DNA of 64,000 bases. Source: Eledone cirrhosa (lineage: Eukaryota). Positions within the stretch are counted from its first letter, which is position 1, and each line of letters starts with the position of its first letter. The stretch is taken from positions 354,640,001 through 354,704,000 of the forward strand of contig OZ024743.1 of assembly GCA_964016885.1 (NCBI GenBank), in the 5' to 3' direction. The translations under genes and the position numbers were made by a program. The notes under the pieces are model-generated. The model ran no database searches. It was not told the DNA's origin and worked only from the letters and a program-made list of their open reading frames with translations. Below, piece after piece: positions 36,801 to 49,260 of the stretch.

Positions 36801-39800
36801 GTTTTTGTGATTCTGGTAATGGTGATGCTGATGATTGTCTTCATACTGGTTGTTGTTGGTGGTAGAGATTGAGGTTTTTGCGATTCTGGTAATGGTGATG
36901 CTGATGATTGTCCTCATGCTGGTTGTTGTTGGTGGTAGAGATTGAGGATTTGTGATTCTGGTAATGGTGATGCTGATGATTGTCTTCATACTGGTTGTTG
37001 TTGGTTCTAGAGATTGAGGTTTTTGCGATTCTGGTAATGGTGATGCTGATGATTGTCCTCATGCTGGTTGTTGTTGGTGGTAGAGATTGAGGTTTTTGTG
37101 ATTCTGGTAATGGTGATGCTGATGATTGTACTGATGCTGGTTGTTGTTGGTGGTAGAGATTGAGGATTTGTGATTCTGGTAATGGTGATGCTGATGATTG
37201 TCTTCATGCAGGTTGTTGTTGGTGATAGAGATTGAGGTCTTTGTGTTTCTGGTAATGGTGATGCTGATGATTGTCTTCATGCTGGTTGTCATTGGTGGTA
37301 GAGATTGAGGTTTTTGTGATTCTTGTAATGGTGATGCTGATGATTGTCCTCATGCTGGTTGCTGTTGGTGGTAGAGATTGAGGTTTTTTGTGGTTCTGGT
37401 AATGGTGATGCTGATGATTGTGCTTATGGTGGTTGTGGTTGGTGGTAGAGATTGAGGTTTTTTGTGGTTCTGGTAATGGTGATGCTGATGATTGTGCTCA
37501 TGCTGGTTGTTGTTGGTGGTAGAGATTGAGGTTTTTGTGATTCTGGTAATGGTGATGCTGATGATTGTCCTCATGCTGGTTGTTGTTGGTGGTAGAGATT
37601 GAGGTTTTTTGTGGTTCTGGTAATGGTGATGCTGATGATTGTCCTCATGCTGGTTGTTGTTGGTGGTAGAGATTGAGGTTTTTGTGATTCTGGTAGTGGT
37701 GATGCTGATGATTGTCCACATGCTGGTTGTTGTTGGTGGTAGAGATTGAGGTTTTTGTGATTCTGGTAGTGGTGATGCTGATGATTGTCCTCATGCTGGT
37801 TGTTGTTGGTGGTAGAGATTGAGGTTTTTGTGATTATGGTAATGGTGATGCTGATGATTGTCCTCATGCTGGTTGTTGTTGGTGGTAGAGATTGAGGTTT
37901 TTGTGATTCTGGTAGTGGTGATGCTGATGATTGTCCTCATGCTGGTTGTTGTTGGTGGTAGAGATTGAGGTTTTTGTGATTCTTGTAATGGTGATGCTGA
38001 TGATTGTCCTCATGCTGGTTGTTGTTGGTGGTAGAGATTGAGGTTTTTTGTGGTTCTGGTAATGGTGATGCTGATGATTGTGCTTATGGTGGTTGTGGTT
38101 GGTGGTAGAGATTGAGGTTTTTTGTGGTTCTGGTAATGGTGATGCTGATGATTGTCTTCATGCTGGTTGTTGTTGGTGGTAGAGATTGAGGTTTTTGTGA
38201 TTCTGGTAATGGTGATGCTGATGAATGTCCTCATGCTGGTTGTTGTTGGTGGTAGAGATTGAGGTTTTTGTGATTCTGGTAATGGTGATGCTGATGATTG
38301 TCCTCATGCTGGTTGTTGTTGGTGGTAGAGATTGAGGTTTTTGTGATTCTGGTAGTGGTGATGCTGATGATTGTCCTCATGCTGGTTGTTGTTGGTGGTA
38401 GAGATTGAGGTTTTTGTGATTCTGGTAATGGTGATGCTGATGATTGTCCTCATGCTGGTTGTTGTTGGTGGTAGAGATTGAGATTTTTGTGATTCTGGTA
38501 ATGGTGATGCTGATGATTGTCCTCATGCTGGTTGTTGTTGGTGGTAGAGATTGAGGATTTTGTGATTCTGGTAATGGTGATGCTGATGATTGTCCTCATG
38601 CTGGTTGTTGTTGGTGGTAGAGATTGAGGATTTTGTGATTCTGGTAATGGTGATGCTGATGATTGTCCTCATGCTGGTTGTTATTGGTGGTAGAGATTGA
38701 GGTTTTTGTGATTCTGGTAATGGTGATGCTGATGATTGTCCTCATGCTGGTTGTTGTTGGTGGTAGAGATTGAGGTTTTTGTGATTCTGGTAATGGTGAT
38801 GCTGATGATTGTCCTCATGCTGGTTGTTGTTGGTGGTAGAGATTGAGGTTTTTGTGATTCTGGTAATGGTGATGCTGATGATTGTCCTCATGCTGGTTGT
38901 TGTTGGTGGTAGAGATTGAGGATTTTGTGATTCTGGTAATGGTGATGCTGATGATTGTCCTCATGCTGGTTGTTGTTGCTGGTAGAGATTGAGGTTTTTG
39001 TGATTCTGGTAATGGTGATGCTGATGATTGTCCTCATGCTGGTTGTTGTTGGTGGTAGAGATTGAGGTTTGTTGTGGTTCTGGTAATGGTGATGCTGATG
39101 ATTGTGCTTATGGTGGTTGTTCTTGGTGGTAGAGATTGAGGTTTTTTGTGGTTCTGGTAATGGTGATGCTGATGATTGTGCTCATGCTGGTTGTTGTTTG
39201 TGGTAGAGATTGAGGATTTGTGATTCTGGTAATGGTGATGCTGATGATTGTCTTCATGCAGGTTGTTGTTGGTGGTAGAGATTGAGGTCTTTGTGATTCT
39301 GGTAATGGTGATGCTGATGATTCTCCTCATGCTGGTTGTTGTTGGTGGTAGAAATTGAGGTTTTTGTGTTTCTGGTAATGGTGATGCTGATGATAGTCTT
39401 CATGCTGGTTGTTGTTGGTGGTAGAGATTGAGGTTTTTGTGATTCTTGTAATGGTGATGCTGATGATTGTCCTCATGCTGGTTGCTGTTGGTGGTAGAGA
39501 TTGAGGTTTTTTGTGGTTCTGGTAATGGTGATGCTGATGATTGTGCTTATGGTGGTTGTGGTTGGTGGTAGAGATTGAGGTTTTTTGTGGTTCTGGTAAT
39601 GGTGATGCTGATGATTGTGCTCATGCTGGTTGTTGTTGGTGGTAGAGATTGAGGTTTTTGTGATTCTGGTAATGGTGATGCTGATGATTGTCCTCATGCT
39701 GGTTGTTGTTGGTGGTAGAGATTGAGGTTTTTTGTGGTTCTGGTAATGGTGATGCTGATGATTGTCCTCATGCTGGTTGTTGTTGGTGGTAGAGATTGAG

Positions 39801-42800
39801 GTTTTTGTGATTCTGGTAGTGGTGATGCTGATGATTGTCCACATGCTGGTTGTTGTTGGTGGTAGAGATTGAGGTTTTTGTGATTCTGGTAGTGGTGATG
39901 CTGATGATTGTCCTCATGCTGGTTGTTGTTGGTGGTAGAGATTGAGGTTTTTGTGATTCTGGTAATGGTGATGCTGATGATTGTCCTCATGCTGGTTGTT
40001 GTTGGTGGTAGAGATTGAGGTTTTTGTGATTCTGGTAGTGGTGATGCTGATGATTGTCCTCATGCTGGTTGTTGTTGGTGGTAGAGATTGAGGTTTTTGT
40101 GATTCTTGTAATGGTGATGCTGATGATTGTCCTCATGCTGGTTGTTGTTGGTGGTAGAGATTGAGGTTTTTTGTGGTTCTGGTAATGGTGATGCTGATGA
40201 TTGTGCTTATGGTGGTTGTGGTTGGTGGTAGAGATTGAGGTTTTTTGTGGTTCTGGTAATGGTGATGCTGATGATTGTCTTCATGCTGGTTGTTGTTGGT
40301 GGTAGAGATTGAGGTTTTTGTGATTCTGGTAATGGTGATGCTGATGAATGTCCTCATGCTGGTTGTTGTTGGTGGTAGAGATTGAGGTTTTTGTGATTCT
40401 GGTAATGGTGATGCTGATGATTGTCCTCATGCTGGTTGTTGTTGGTGGTAGAGATTGAGGTTTTTGTGATTCTGGTAGTGGTGATGCTGATGATTGTCCT
40501 CATGCTGGTTGTTGTTGGTGGTAGAGATTGAGGTTTTTGTGATTCTGGTAATGGTGATGCTGATGATTGTCCTCATGCTGGTTGTTGTTGGTGGTAGAGA
40601 TTGAGATTTTTGTGATTCTGGTAATGGTGATGCTGATGATTGTCCTCATGCTGGTTGTTGTTGGTGGTAGAGATTGAGGATTTTGTGATTCTGGTAATGG
40701 TGATGCTGATGATTGTCCTCATGCTGGTTGTTGTTGGTGGTAGAGATTGAGGATTTTGTGATTCTGGTAATGGTGATGCTGATGATTGTCCTCATGCTGG
40801 TTGTTATTGGTGGTAGAGATTGAGGTTTTTGTGATTCTGGTAATGGTGATGCTGATGATTGTCCTCATGCTGGTTGTTGTTGGTGGTAGAGATTGAGGTT
40901 TTTGTGATTCTGGTAATGGTGATGCTGATGATTGTCCTCATGCTGGTTGTTGTTGGTGGTAGAGATTGAGGTTTTTGTGATTCTGGTAATGGTGATGCTG
41001 ATGATTGTCCTCATGCTGGTTGTTGTTGGTGGTAGAGATTGAGGATTTTGTGATTCTGGTAATGGTGATGCTGATGATTGTCCTCATGCTGGTTGTTGTT
41101 GCTGGTAGAGATTGAGGTTTTTGTGATTCTGGTAATGGTGATGCTGATGATTGTACTGATGCTGGTTGTTGTTGGTGGTAGTGATTGAGGATTTGTGATT
41201 CTGGTAATGGTGATGCTGATGATTGTCTTAATGCAGGTTGTTGTTGGTGATAGAGATTGAGGTCTTTGTGATTCTGGTAATGGTGATGCTGATGATTCTC
41301 CTCATGCTGGTTGTTGTTGGTGGTAGAAATTGAGGTTTTTGTGTTTCTGGTAATGGTGATGCTGATGATTGTCTTCATGTTGGTTGTCATTGGTGGTAGA
41401 GATTGAGGTTTTTGTGATTCTTGTAATGGTGATGCTGATGATTGTCCTCATGCTGGTTGTTGTTGGTGGTAGAGATTGAGGTTTGTTGTGGTTCTGGTAA
41501 TGGTGATGCTGATGATTGTGCTTATGGTGGTTGTTCTTGGTGGTAGAGATTGAGGTTTTTTGTGGTTCTGGTAATGGTGATGCTGATGATTGTGCTCATG
41601 CTGGTTGTTGTTTGTGGTAGAGATTGAGGATTTGTGATTCTGGTAATGGTGATGCTGATGATTGTCTTCATGCAGGTTGTTGTTGGTGGTAGAGATTGAG
41701 GTCTTTGTGATTCTGGTAATGGTGATGCTGATGATTCTCCTCATGCTGGTTGTTGTTGGTGGTAGAAATTGAGGTTTTTGTGTTTCTGGTAATGGTGATG
41801 CTGATGATAGTCTTCATGCTGGTTGTTGTTGGTGGTAGAGATTGAGGTTTTTGTGATTCTTGTAATGGTGATGCTGATGATTGTGCTCATGGTGGTTGTT
41901 GTTGGTGGTAGAGATTGAGGTTTTTGTGATTCTGGTAATGGTGATGCTGATGATTGTCTTCATACTGGTTGTTGTTGGTGGTAGAGATTGAGGTTTTTGC
42001 GATTCTGGTAATGGTGATGCTGATGATTGTCCTCATGCTGGTTGTTGTTGGTGGTAGAGATTGAGGTTTTTGTGATTCTGGTAATGGTGATGCTGATGAT
42101 TGTCTTCATACTGGTTGTTGTTGGTGGTAGAGATTGAGGTTTTTGCGATTCTGGTAATGGTGATGCTGATGATTGTCCTCATGCTGGTTGTTGTTGGTGG
42201 TAGAGATTGAGGATTTGTGATTCTGGTAATGGTGATGCTGATGATTGTCTTCATACTGGTTGTTGTTGGTTCTAGAGATTGAGGTTTTTGCGATTCTGGT
42301 AATGGTGATGCTGATGATTGTCCTCATGCTGGTTGTTGTTGGTGGTAGAGATTGAGGTTTTTGTGATTCTGATAATGGTGATGCTGATGATTGTACTGAT
42401 GCTGGTTGTTGTTGGTGGTAGAGATTGAGGATTTGTGATTCTGGTAATGGTGATGCTGATGATTGTCTTCATGCAGGTTGTTGTTGGTGATAGAGATTGA
42501 GGTCTTTGTGTTTCTGGTAATGGTGATGCTGATGATTGTCTTCATGCTGGTTGTCATTGGTGGTAGAGATTGAGGTTTTTGTGATTCTTGTAATGGTGAT
42601 GCTGATGATTGTCCTCATGCTGGTTGCTGTTTGTGGTAGAGATTGAGGTTTTTTGTGGTTCTGGTAATGGTGATGCTGATGATTGTGCTTATGGTGGTTG
42701 TGGTTGGTGGTAGAGATTGAGGTTTTTTGTGGTTCTGGTAATGGTGATGCTGATGATTGTGCTCATGCTGGTTGTTGTTGGTGGTAGAGATTGAGGTTTT

Positions 42801-43270
42801 TGTGATTCTGGTAATAGTGATGCTGATGATTGTCCTCATGCTGGTTGTTGTTGGTGGTAGAGATTGAGGTTTTTTGTGGTTCTGGTAATGGTGATGCTGA
42901 TGATTGTCCTCATGCTGGTTGTTGTTGGTGGTAGAGATTGAGGTTTTTGTGATTCTGGTAGTGGTGATGCTGATGATTGTCCTCATGCTGGTTGTTGTTG
43001 GTGGTAGAGATTGAGGTTTTTGTGATTCTGGTAGTGGTGATGCTGATGATTGTCCTCATGCTGGTTGTTGTTGGTGGTAGAGATTGAGGTTTTTGTGATT
43101 CTGGTAATGGTGATGCTGATGATTGTCCTCATGCTGGTTGTTGTTGGTGGTAGAGATTGAGGTTTTTGTGATTCTGGTAGTGGTGATGCTGATGATTGTC
43201 CTCATGCTGGTTGTTGTTGGTGGTAGAGATTGAGGTTTTTGTGATTCTTGTAATGGTGATGCTGATGATT
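33900..43270 (+). repeat. Mosaic of overlapping duplications (offsets 2265, 2123 and 5265 bp = 31, 29 and 72 monomers)
   Basis: TCTAGA at 34741, 37006 and 42271; TCTTAATGCA at 35961 and 41226; TGTCCACATG at about 37713 and about 39836; GGTTTGTTGTGG in four places. ORF echoes are 33918/36183/39034/41448 and 37350/39473/42615. Confidence 0.85.
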
Positions 43271-43274
43271 GTCC

Positions 43275-44445
43275 TCATGCTGGTTGTTGTTGGTGGTAGA
43301 GATTGAGGTTTTTGTGATTCTGGTAATGGTGATGCTGATGAATGTCCTCATGCTGGTTGTTGTTGGTGGTAGAGATTGAGGTTTTTGTGATTCTGGTAAT
43401 GGTGATGCTGATGATTGTACTGTTGCTGGTTTTTGTTGGTGGTAGAGATTGAGGATTTGTGATTCTGGTAATGGTGATGCTGATGATTGTCTTCATGCAG
43501 GTTGTTGTTGGTGATAGAGATTGAGGTCTTTGTGTTTCTGGTAATGGTGATGCTGATGATTGTCTTCATGCTGGTTGTCATTGGTGGTAGAGATTGAGGT
43601 TTTTGTGATTCTTGTAATGGTGATGCTGATGATTGTCCTCATGCTGGTTGTTGTTGGTGGTAGAGATTGAGGTTTTTTGTGGTTCTGGTAATGGTGATGC
43701 TGATGATTGTGCTTATGGTGGTTGTGGTTGGTGGTAGAGATTGAGGTTTTTTGTGGTTCTGGTAATGGTGATGCTGATGATTGTGCTCATGCTGGTTGTT
43801 GTTGGTGGTAGAGATTGAGGTTTTTGTGATTCTGGTAATGGTGATGCTGATGAATGTCCTCATGCTGGTTGTTGTTGGTGGTAGAGATTGAGGTTTTTGT
43901 GATTCTGGTAATGGTGATGCTGATGAATGTCCTCATGCTGGTTGTTGTTGGTGGTAGAGATTGAGGTTTTTGTGATTCTGGTAATGGTGATGCTGATGAT
44001 TGTACTGCTGCTGGTTTTTGTTGGTGGTAGAGATTGAGGATTTGTGATTCTGGTAATGGTGATGCTGATGATTGTCTTCATGCAGGTTGTTGTTGGTGAT
44101 AGAGATTGAGGTCTTTGTGTTTCTGGTAATGGTGATGCTGATGATTGTCTTCATGCTGGTTGTCATTGGTGGTAGAGATTGAGGTTTTTGTGATTCTTGT
44201 AATGGTGATGCTGATGATTGTCCTCAGGCTGGTTGTTGTTGGTGGTAGAGATTGAGGTTTTTTGTGGTTCTGGTAATGGTGATGCTGATGATTGTGCTTA
44301 TGGTGGTTGTGGTTGGTGGTAGAGATTGAGGTTTTTTGTGGTTCTGGTAATGGTGATGCTGATGATTGTGCTCATGCTGGTTGTTGTTGGTGGTAGAGAT
44401 TGAGGTTTTTGTGATTCTGGTAATGGTGATGCTGATGATTGTCCT
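43275..44445 (+). repeat. Tandem duplication of an 8-monomer unit (585 bp x2)
   Basis: The GCTGGTTTTTGTTGG variant and the following cassette repeat at offset 585. ORF pairs are 43275/43860, 43348/43933 and 43639/44224. Confidence 0.88.
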
Positions 44446-44660
44446 CATGCTGGTTGTTGTTGGTGGGAGAGATTGAGGTTTTTTGTGGTTCTGGTAATGG
44501 TGATGCTGATGATTGTGCTTATGGTGGTTGTGGTTGGTGGTAGAGATTGAGGTTTTTTGTGGTTCTGGTAATGGTGATGCTGATGATTGTCTTCATGCTG
44601 GTTGTTGTTGGTGGTAGAGATTGAGGTTTTTGTGATTCTGGTAATGGTGATGCTGATGAA

Positions 44661-47600
44661 TGTCCTCATGCTGGTTGTTGTTGGTGGTAGAGATTGAGGT
44701 TTTTGTGATTCTGGTAATGGTGATGCTGATGATTGTCCTCATGCTGGTTGTTATTGGTGGTAGAGATTGAGGTTTTTGTGATTCTGGTAATGGTGATGCT
44801 GATGATTGTCCTCATGCTGGTTGTTGTTGGTGGTAGAGATTGAGGTTTTTTGTGGTTCTGGTAATGGTGATGCTGATGATTGTCCTCATGCTGGTTGTTG
44901 TTGGTGGTAGAGATTGAGGTTTTTGTGATTCTGGTAGTGGTGATGCTGATGATTGTCCTCATGCTGGTTGTTGTTGGTGGTAGAGATTGAGGTTTTTGTG
45001 ATTCTGGTAGTGGTGATGCTGATGATTGTCCTCATGCTGGTTGTTGTTGGTGGTAGAGATTGAGGTTTTTGTGATTCTGGTAATGGTGATGCTGATGATT
45101 GTCCTCATGCTGGTTGTTGTTGGTGGTAGAGATTGAGGTTTTTGTGATTCTGGTAGTGGTGATGCTGATGATTGTCCTCATGCTGGTTGTTGTTGGTGGT
45201 AGAGATTGAGGTTTTTGTGATTCTTGTAATGGTGATGCTGATGATTGTCCTCATGCTGGTTGTTGTTGGTGGTAGAGATTGAGGTTTTTTGTGGTTCTGG
45301 TAATGGTGATGCTGATGATTGTGCTTATGGTGGTTGTGGTTGGTGGTAGAGATTGAGGTTTTTTGTGGTTCTGGTAATGGTGATGCTGATGATTGTCTTC
45401 ATGCTGGTTGTTGTTGGTGGTAGAGATTGAGGTTTTTGTGATTCTGGTAATGGTGATGCTGATGAATGTCCTCATGCTGGTTGTTGTTGGTGGTAGAGAT
45501 TGAGGTTTTTGTGATTCTGGTAATGGTGATGCTGATGATTGTCCTCATGCTGGTTGTTGTTGGTGGTAGAGATTGAGGTTTTTGTGATTCTGGTAGTGGT
45601 GATGCTGATGATTGTCCTCATGCTGGTTGTTGTTGGTGGTAGAGATTGAGGTTTTTGTGATTCTGGTAATGGTGATGCTGATGAATGTCCTCATGCTGGT
45701 TGTTGTTGGTGGTAGAGATTGAGGTTTTTGTGATTCTGGTAATGGTGATGCTGATGAATGTCCTCATGCTGGTTGTTATTGGTGGTAGAGATTGAGGTTT
45801 TTGTGATTCTGGTAATGGTGATGCTGATGATTGTACTGCTGCTGGTTTTTGTTGGTGGTAGAGATTGAGGATTTGTGATTCTGGTAATGGTGATGCTGAT
45901 GATTGTCTTCATGCAGGTTGTTGTTGGTGATAGAGATTGAGGTCTTTGTGTTTCTGGTAATGGTGATGCTGATGATTGTCTTCATGCTGGTTGTCATTGG
46001 TGGTAGAGATTGAGGTTTTTGTGATTCTTGTAATGGTGATGCTGATGATTGTCCTCATGCTGGTTGTTGTTGGTGGTAGAGATTGAGGTTTTTTGTGGTT
46101 CTGGTAATGGTGATGCTGATGATTGTGCTTATGGTGGTTGTGGTTGGTGGTAGAGATTGAGGTTTTTTGTGGTTCTGGTAATGGTGATGCTGATGATTGT
46201 GCTCATGCTGGTTGTTGTTGGTGGTAGAGATTGAGGTTTTTGTGATTCTGGTAATGGTGATGCTGATGATTGTCCTCATGCTGGTTGTTGTTGGTGGGAG
46301 AGATTGAGGTTTTTTGTGGTTCTGGTAATGGTGATGCTGATGATTGTGCTTATGGTGGTTGTGGTTGGTGGTAGAGATTGAGGTTTTTTGTGGTTCTGGT
46401 AATGGTGATGCTGATGATTGTCTTCATGCTGGTTGTTGTTGGTGGTAGAGATTGAGGTTTTTGTGATTCTGGTAATGGTGATGCTGATGAATGTCCTCAT
46501 GCTGGTTGTTGTTGGTGGTAGAGATTGAGGTTTTTGTGATTCTGGTAATGGTGATGCTGATGATTGTCCTCATGCTGGTTGTTGTTTGTGGTAGAGATTG
46601 AGGTTTTTGTGATTCTGGTAGTGGTGATGCTGATGATTGTCCTCATGCTGGTTGTTGTTGGTGGTAGAGATTGAGGTTTTTGTGATTCTGGTAATGGTGA
46701 TGCTGATGATTGTCCTCATGCTGGTCTTGTTGGTGGTAGAGATTGAGGATTTTGTGATTCTGGTAGTGGTGATGCTGATGATTGTCTTCATGCTGGTTGT
46801 TGTTGGTGGTACAGATTGAGGTTTTTGTGATTCTGGTAATGGTGATGCTGATGAATGTCCTCATGCTGGTTGTTGTTGGTGGTAGAGATTGAGGTTTTTG
46901 TGATTCTGGTAATGGTGATGCTGATGATTGTCCTCATGCTGGTTGTTGTTGGTGGTAGAGATTGAGGTTTTTGTGATTCTGGTAATGGTGATGCTGATGA
47001 TTGTCCTCATGCTGGTTGTTATTGGTGGTAGAGATTGAGGTTTTTGTGATTCTGGTAATGGTGATGCTGATGATTGTCCTCATGCTGGTTGTTGTTGGTG
47101 GTAGAGATTGAGGTTTTTTGTGGTTCTGGTAATGGTGATGCTGATGATTGTCCTCATGCTGGTTGTTGTTGGTGGTAGAGATTGAGGTTTTTGTGATTCT
47201 GGTAGTGGTGATGCTGATGATTGTCCTCATGCTGGTTGTTGTTGGTGGTAGAGATTGAGGTTTTTGTGATTCTGGTAGTGGTGATGCTGATGATTGTCCT
47301 CATGCTGGTTGTTGTTGGTGGTAGAGATTGAGGTTTTTGTGATTCTGGTAATGGTGATGCTGATGATTGTCCTCATGCTGGTTGTTGTTGGTGGTAGAGA
47401 TTGAGGTTTTTGTGATTCTGGTAGTGGTGATGCTGATGATTGTCCTCATGCTGGTTGTTGTTGGTGGTAGAGATTGAGGTTTTTGTGATTCTTGTAATGG
47501 TGATGCTGATGATTGTCCTCATGCTGGTTGTTGTTGGTGGTAGAGATTGAGGTTTTTTGTGGTTCTGGTAATGGTGATGCTGATGATTGTGCTTATGGTG

Positions 47601-49260
47601 GTTGTGGTTGGTGGTAGAGATTGAGGTTTTTTGTGGTTCTGGTAATGGTGATGCTGATGATTGTCTTCATGCTGGTTGTTGTTGGTGGTAGAGATTGAGG
47701 TTTTTGTGATTCTGGTAATGGTGATGCTGATGAATGTCCTCATGCTGGTTGTTGTTGGTGGTAGAGATTGAGGTTTTTGTGATTCTGGTAATGGTGATGC
47801 TGATGATTGTCCTCATGCTGGTTGTTGTTGGTGGTAGAGATTGAGGTTTTTGTGATTCTGGTAGTGGTGATGCTGATGATTGTCCTCATGCTGGTTGTTG
47901 TTGGTGGTAGAGATTGAGGTTTTTGTGATTCTGGTAATGGTGATGCTGATGAATGTCCTCATGCTGGTTGTTGTTGGTGGTAGAGATTGAGGTTTTTGTG
48001 ATTCTGGTAATGGTGATGCTGATGAATGTCCTCATGCTGGTTGTTATTGGTGGTAGAGATTGAGGTTTTTGTGATTCTGGTAATGGTGATGCTGATGATT
48101 GTACTGCTGCTGGTTTTTGTTGGTGGTAGAGATTGAGGATTTGTGATTCTGGTAATGGTGATGCTGATGATTGTCTTCATGCAGGTTGTTGTTGGTGATA
48201 GAGATTGAGGTCTTTGTGTTTCTGGTAATGGTGATGCTGATGATTGTCTTCATGCTGGTTGTCATTGGTGGTAGAGATTGAGGTTTTTGTGATTCTTGTA
48301 ATGGTGATGCTGATGATTGTCCTCATGCTGGTTGTTGTTGGTGGTAGAGATTGAGGTTTTTTGTGGTTCTGGTAATGGTGATGCTGATGATTGTGCTTAT
48401 GGTGGTTGTGGTTGGTGGTAGAGATTGAGGTTTTTTGTGGTTCTGGTAATGGTGATGCTGATGATTGTGCTCATGCTGGTTGTTGTTGGTGGTAGAGATT
48501 GAGGTTTTTGTGATTCTGGTAATGGTGATGCTGATGATTGTCCTCATGCTGGTTGTTGTTGGTGGGAGAGATTGAGGTTTTTTGTGGTTCTGGTAATGGT
48601 GATGCTGATGATTGTGCTTATGGTGGTTGTGGTTGGTGGTAGAGATTGAGGTTTTTTGTGGTTCTGGTAATGGTGATGCTGATGATTGTCTTCATGCTGG
48701 TTGTTGTTGGTGGTAGAGATTGAGGTTTTTGTGATTCTGGTAATGGTGATGCTGATGAATGTCCTCATGCTGGTTGTTGTTGGTGGTAGAGATTGAGGTT
48801 TTTGTGATTCTGGTAATGGTGATGCTGATGATTGTCCTCATGCTGGTTGTTGTTTGTGGTAGAGATTGAGGTTTTTGTGATTCTGGTAGTGGTGATGCTG
48901 ATGATTGTCCTCATGCTGGTTGTTGTTGGTGGTAGAGATTGAGGTTTTTGTGATTCTGGTAATGGTGATGCTGATGATTGTCCTCATGCTGGTCTTGTTG
49001 GTGGTAGAGATTGAGGATTTTGTGATTCTGGTAGTGGTGATGCTGATGATTGTCTTCATGCTGGTTGTTGTTGGTGGTACAGATTGAGGTTTTTGTGATT
49101 CTGGTAATGGTGATGCTGATGAATGTCCTCATGCTGGTTGTTGTTGGTGGTAGAGATTGAGGTTTTTGTGATTCTGGTAATGGTGATGCTGATGATTGTC
49201 CTCATGCTGGTTGTTGTTGGTGGTAGAGATTGAGGTTTTTGTGATTCTGGTAATGGTGAT
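44661..49260 (+). repeat. Near-identical tandem duplication of a 31-monomer unit (2268 bp x2)
   Basis: Every ORF echo from 44666 to 46643 recurs exactly 2268 bp later. Shared private variants are GGTCTTGTTG, GGTACAG, GGGAGAG and two GTTATT. Confidence 0.93.
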
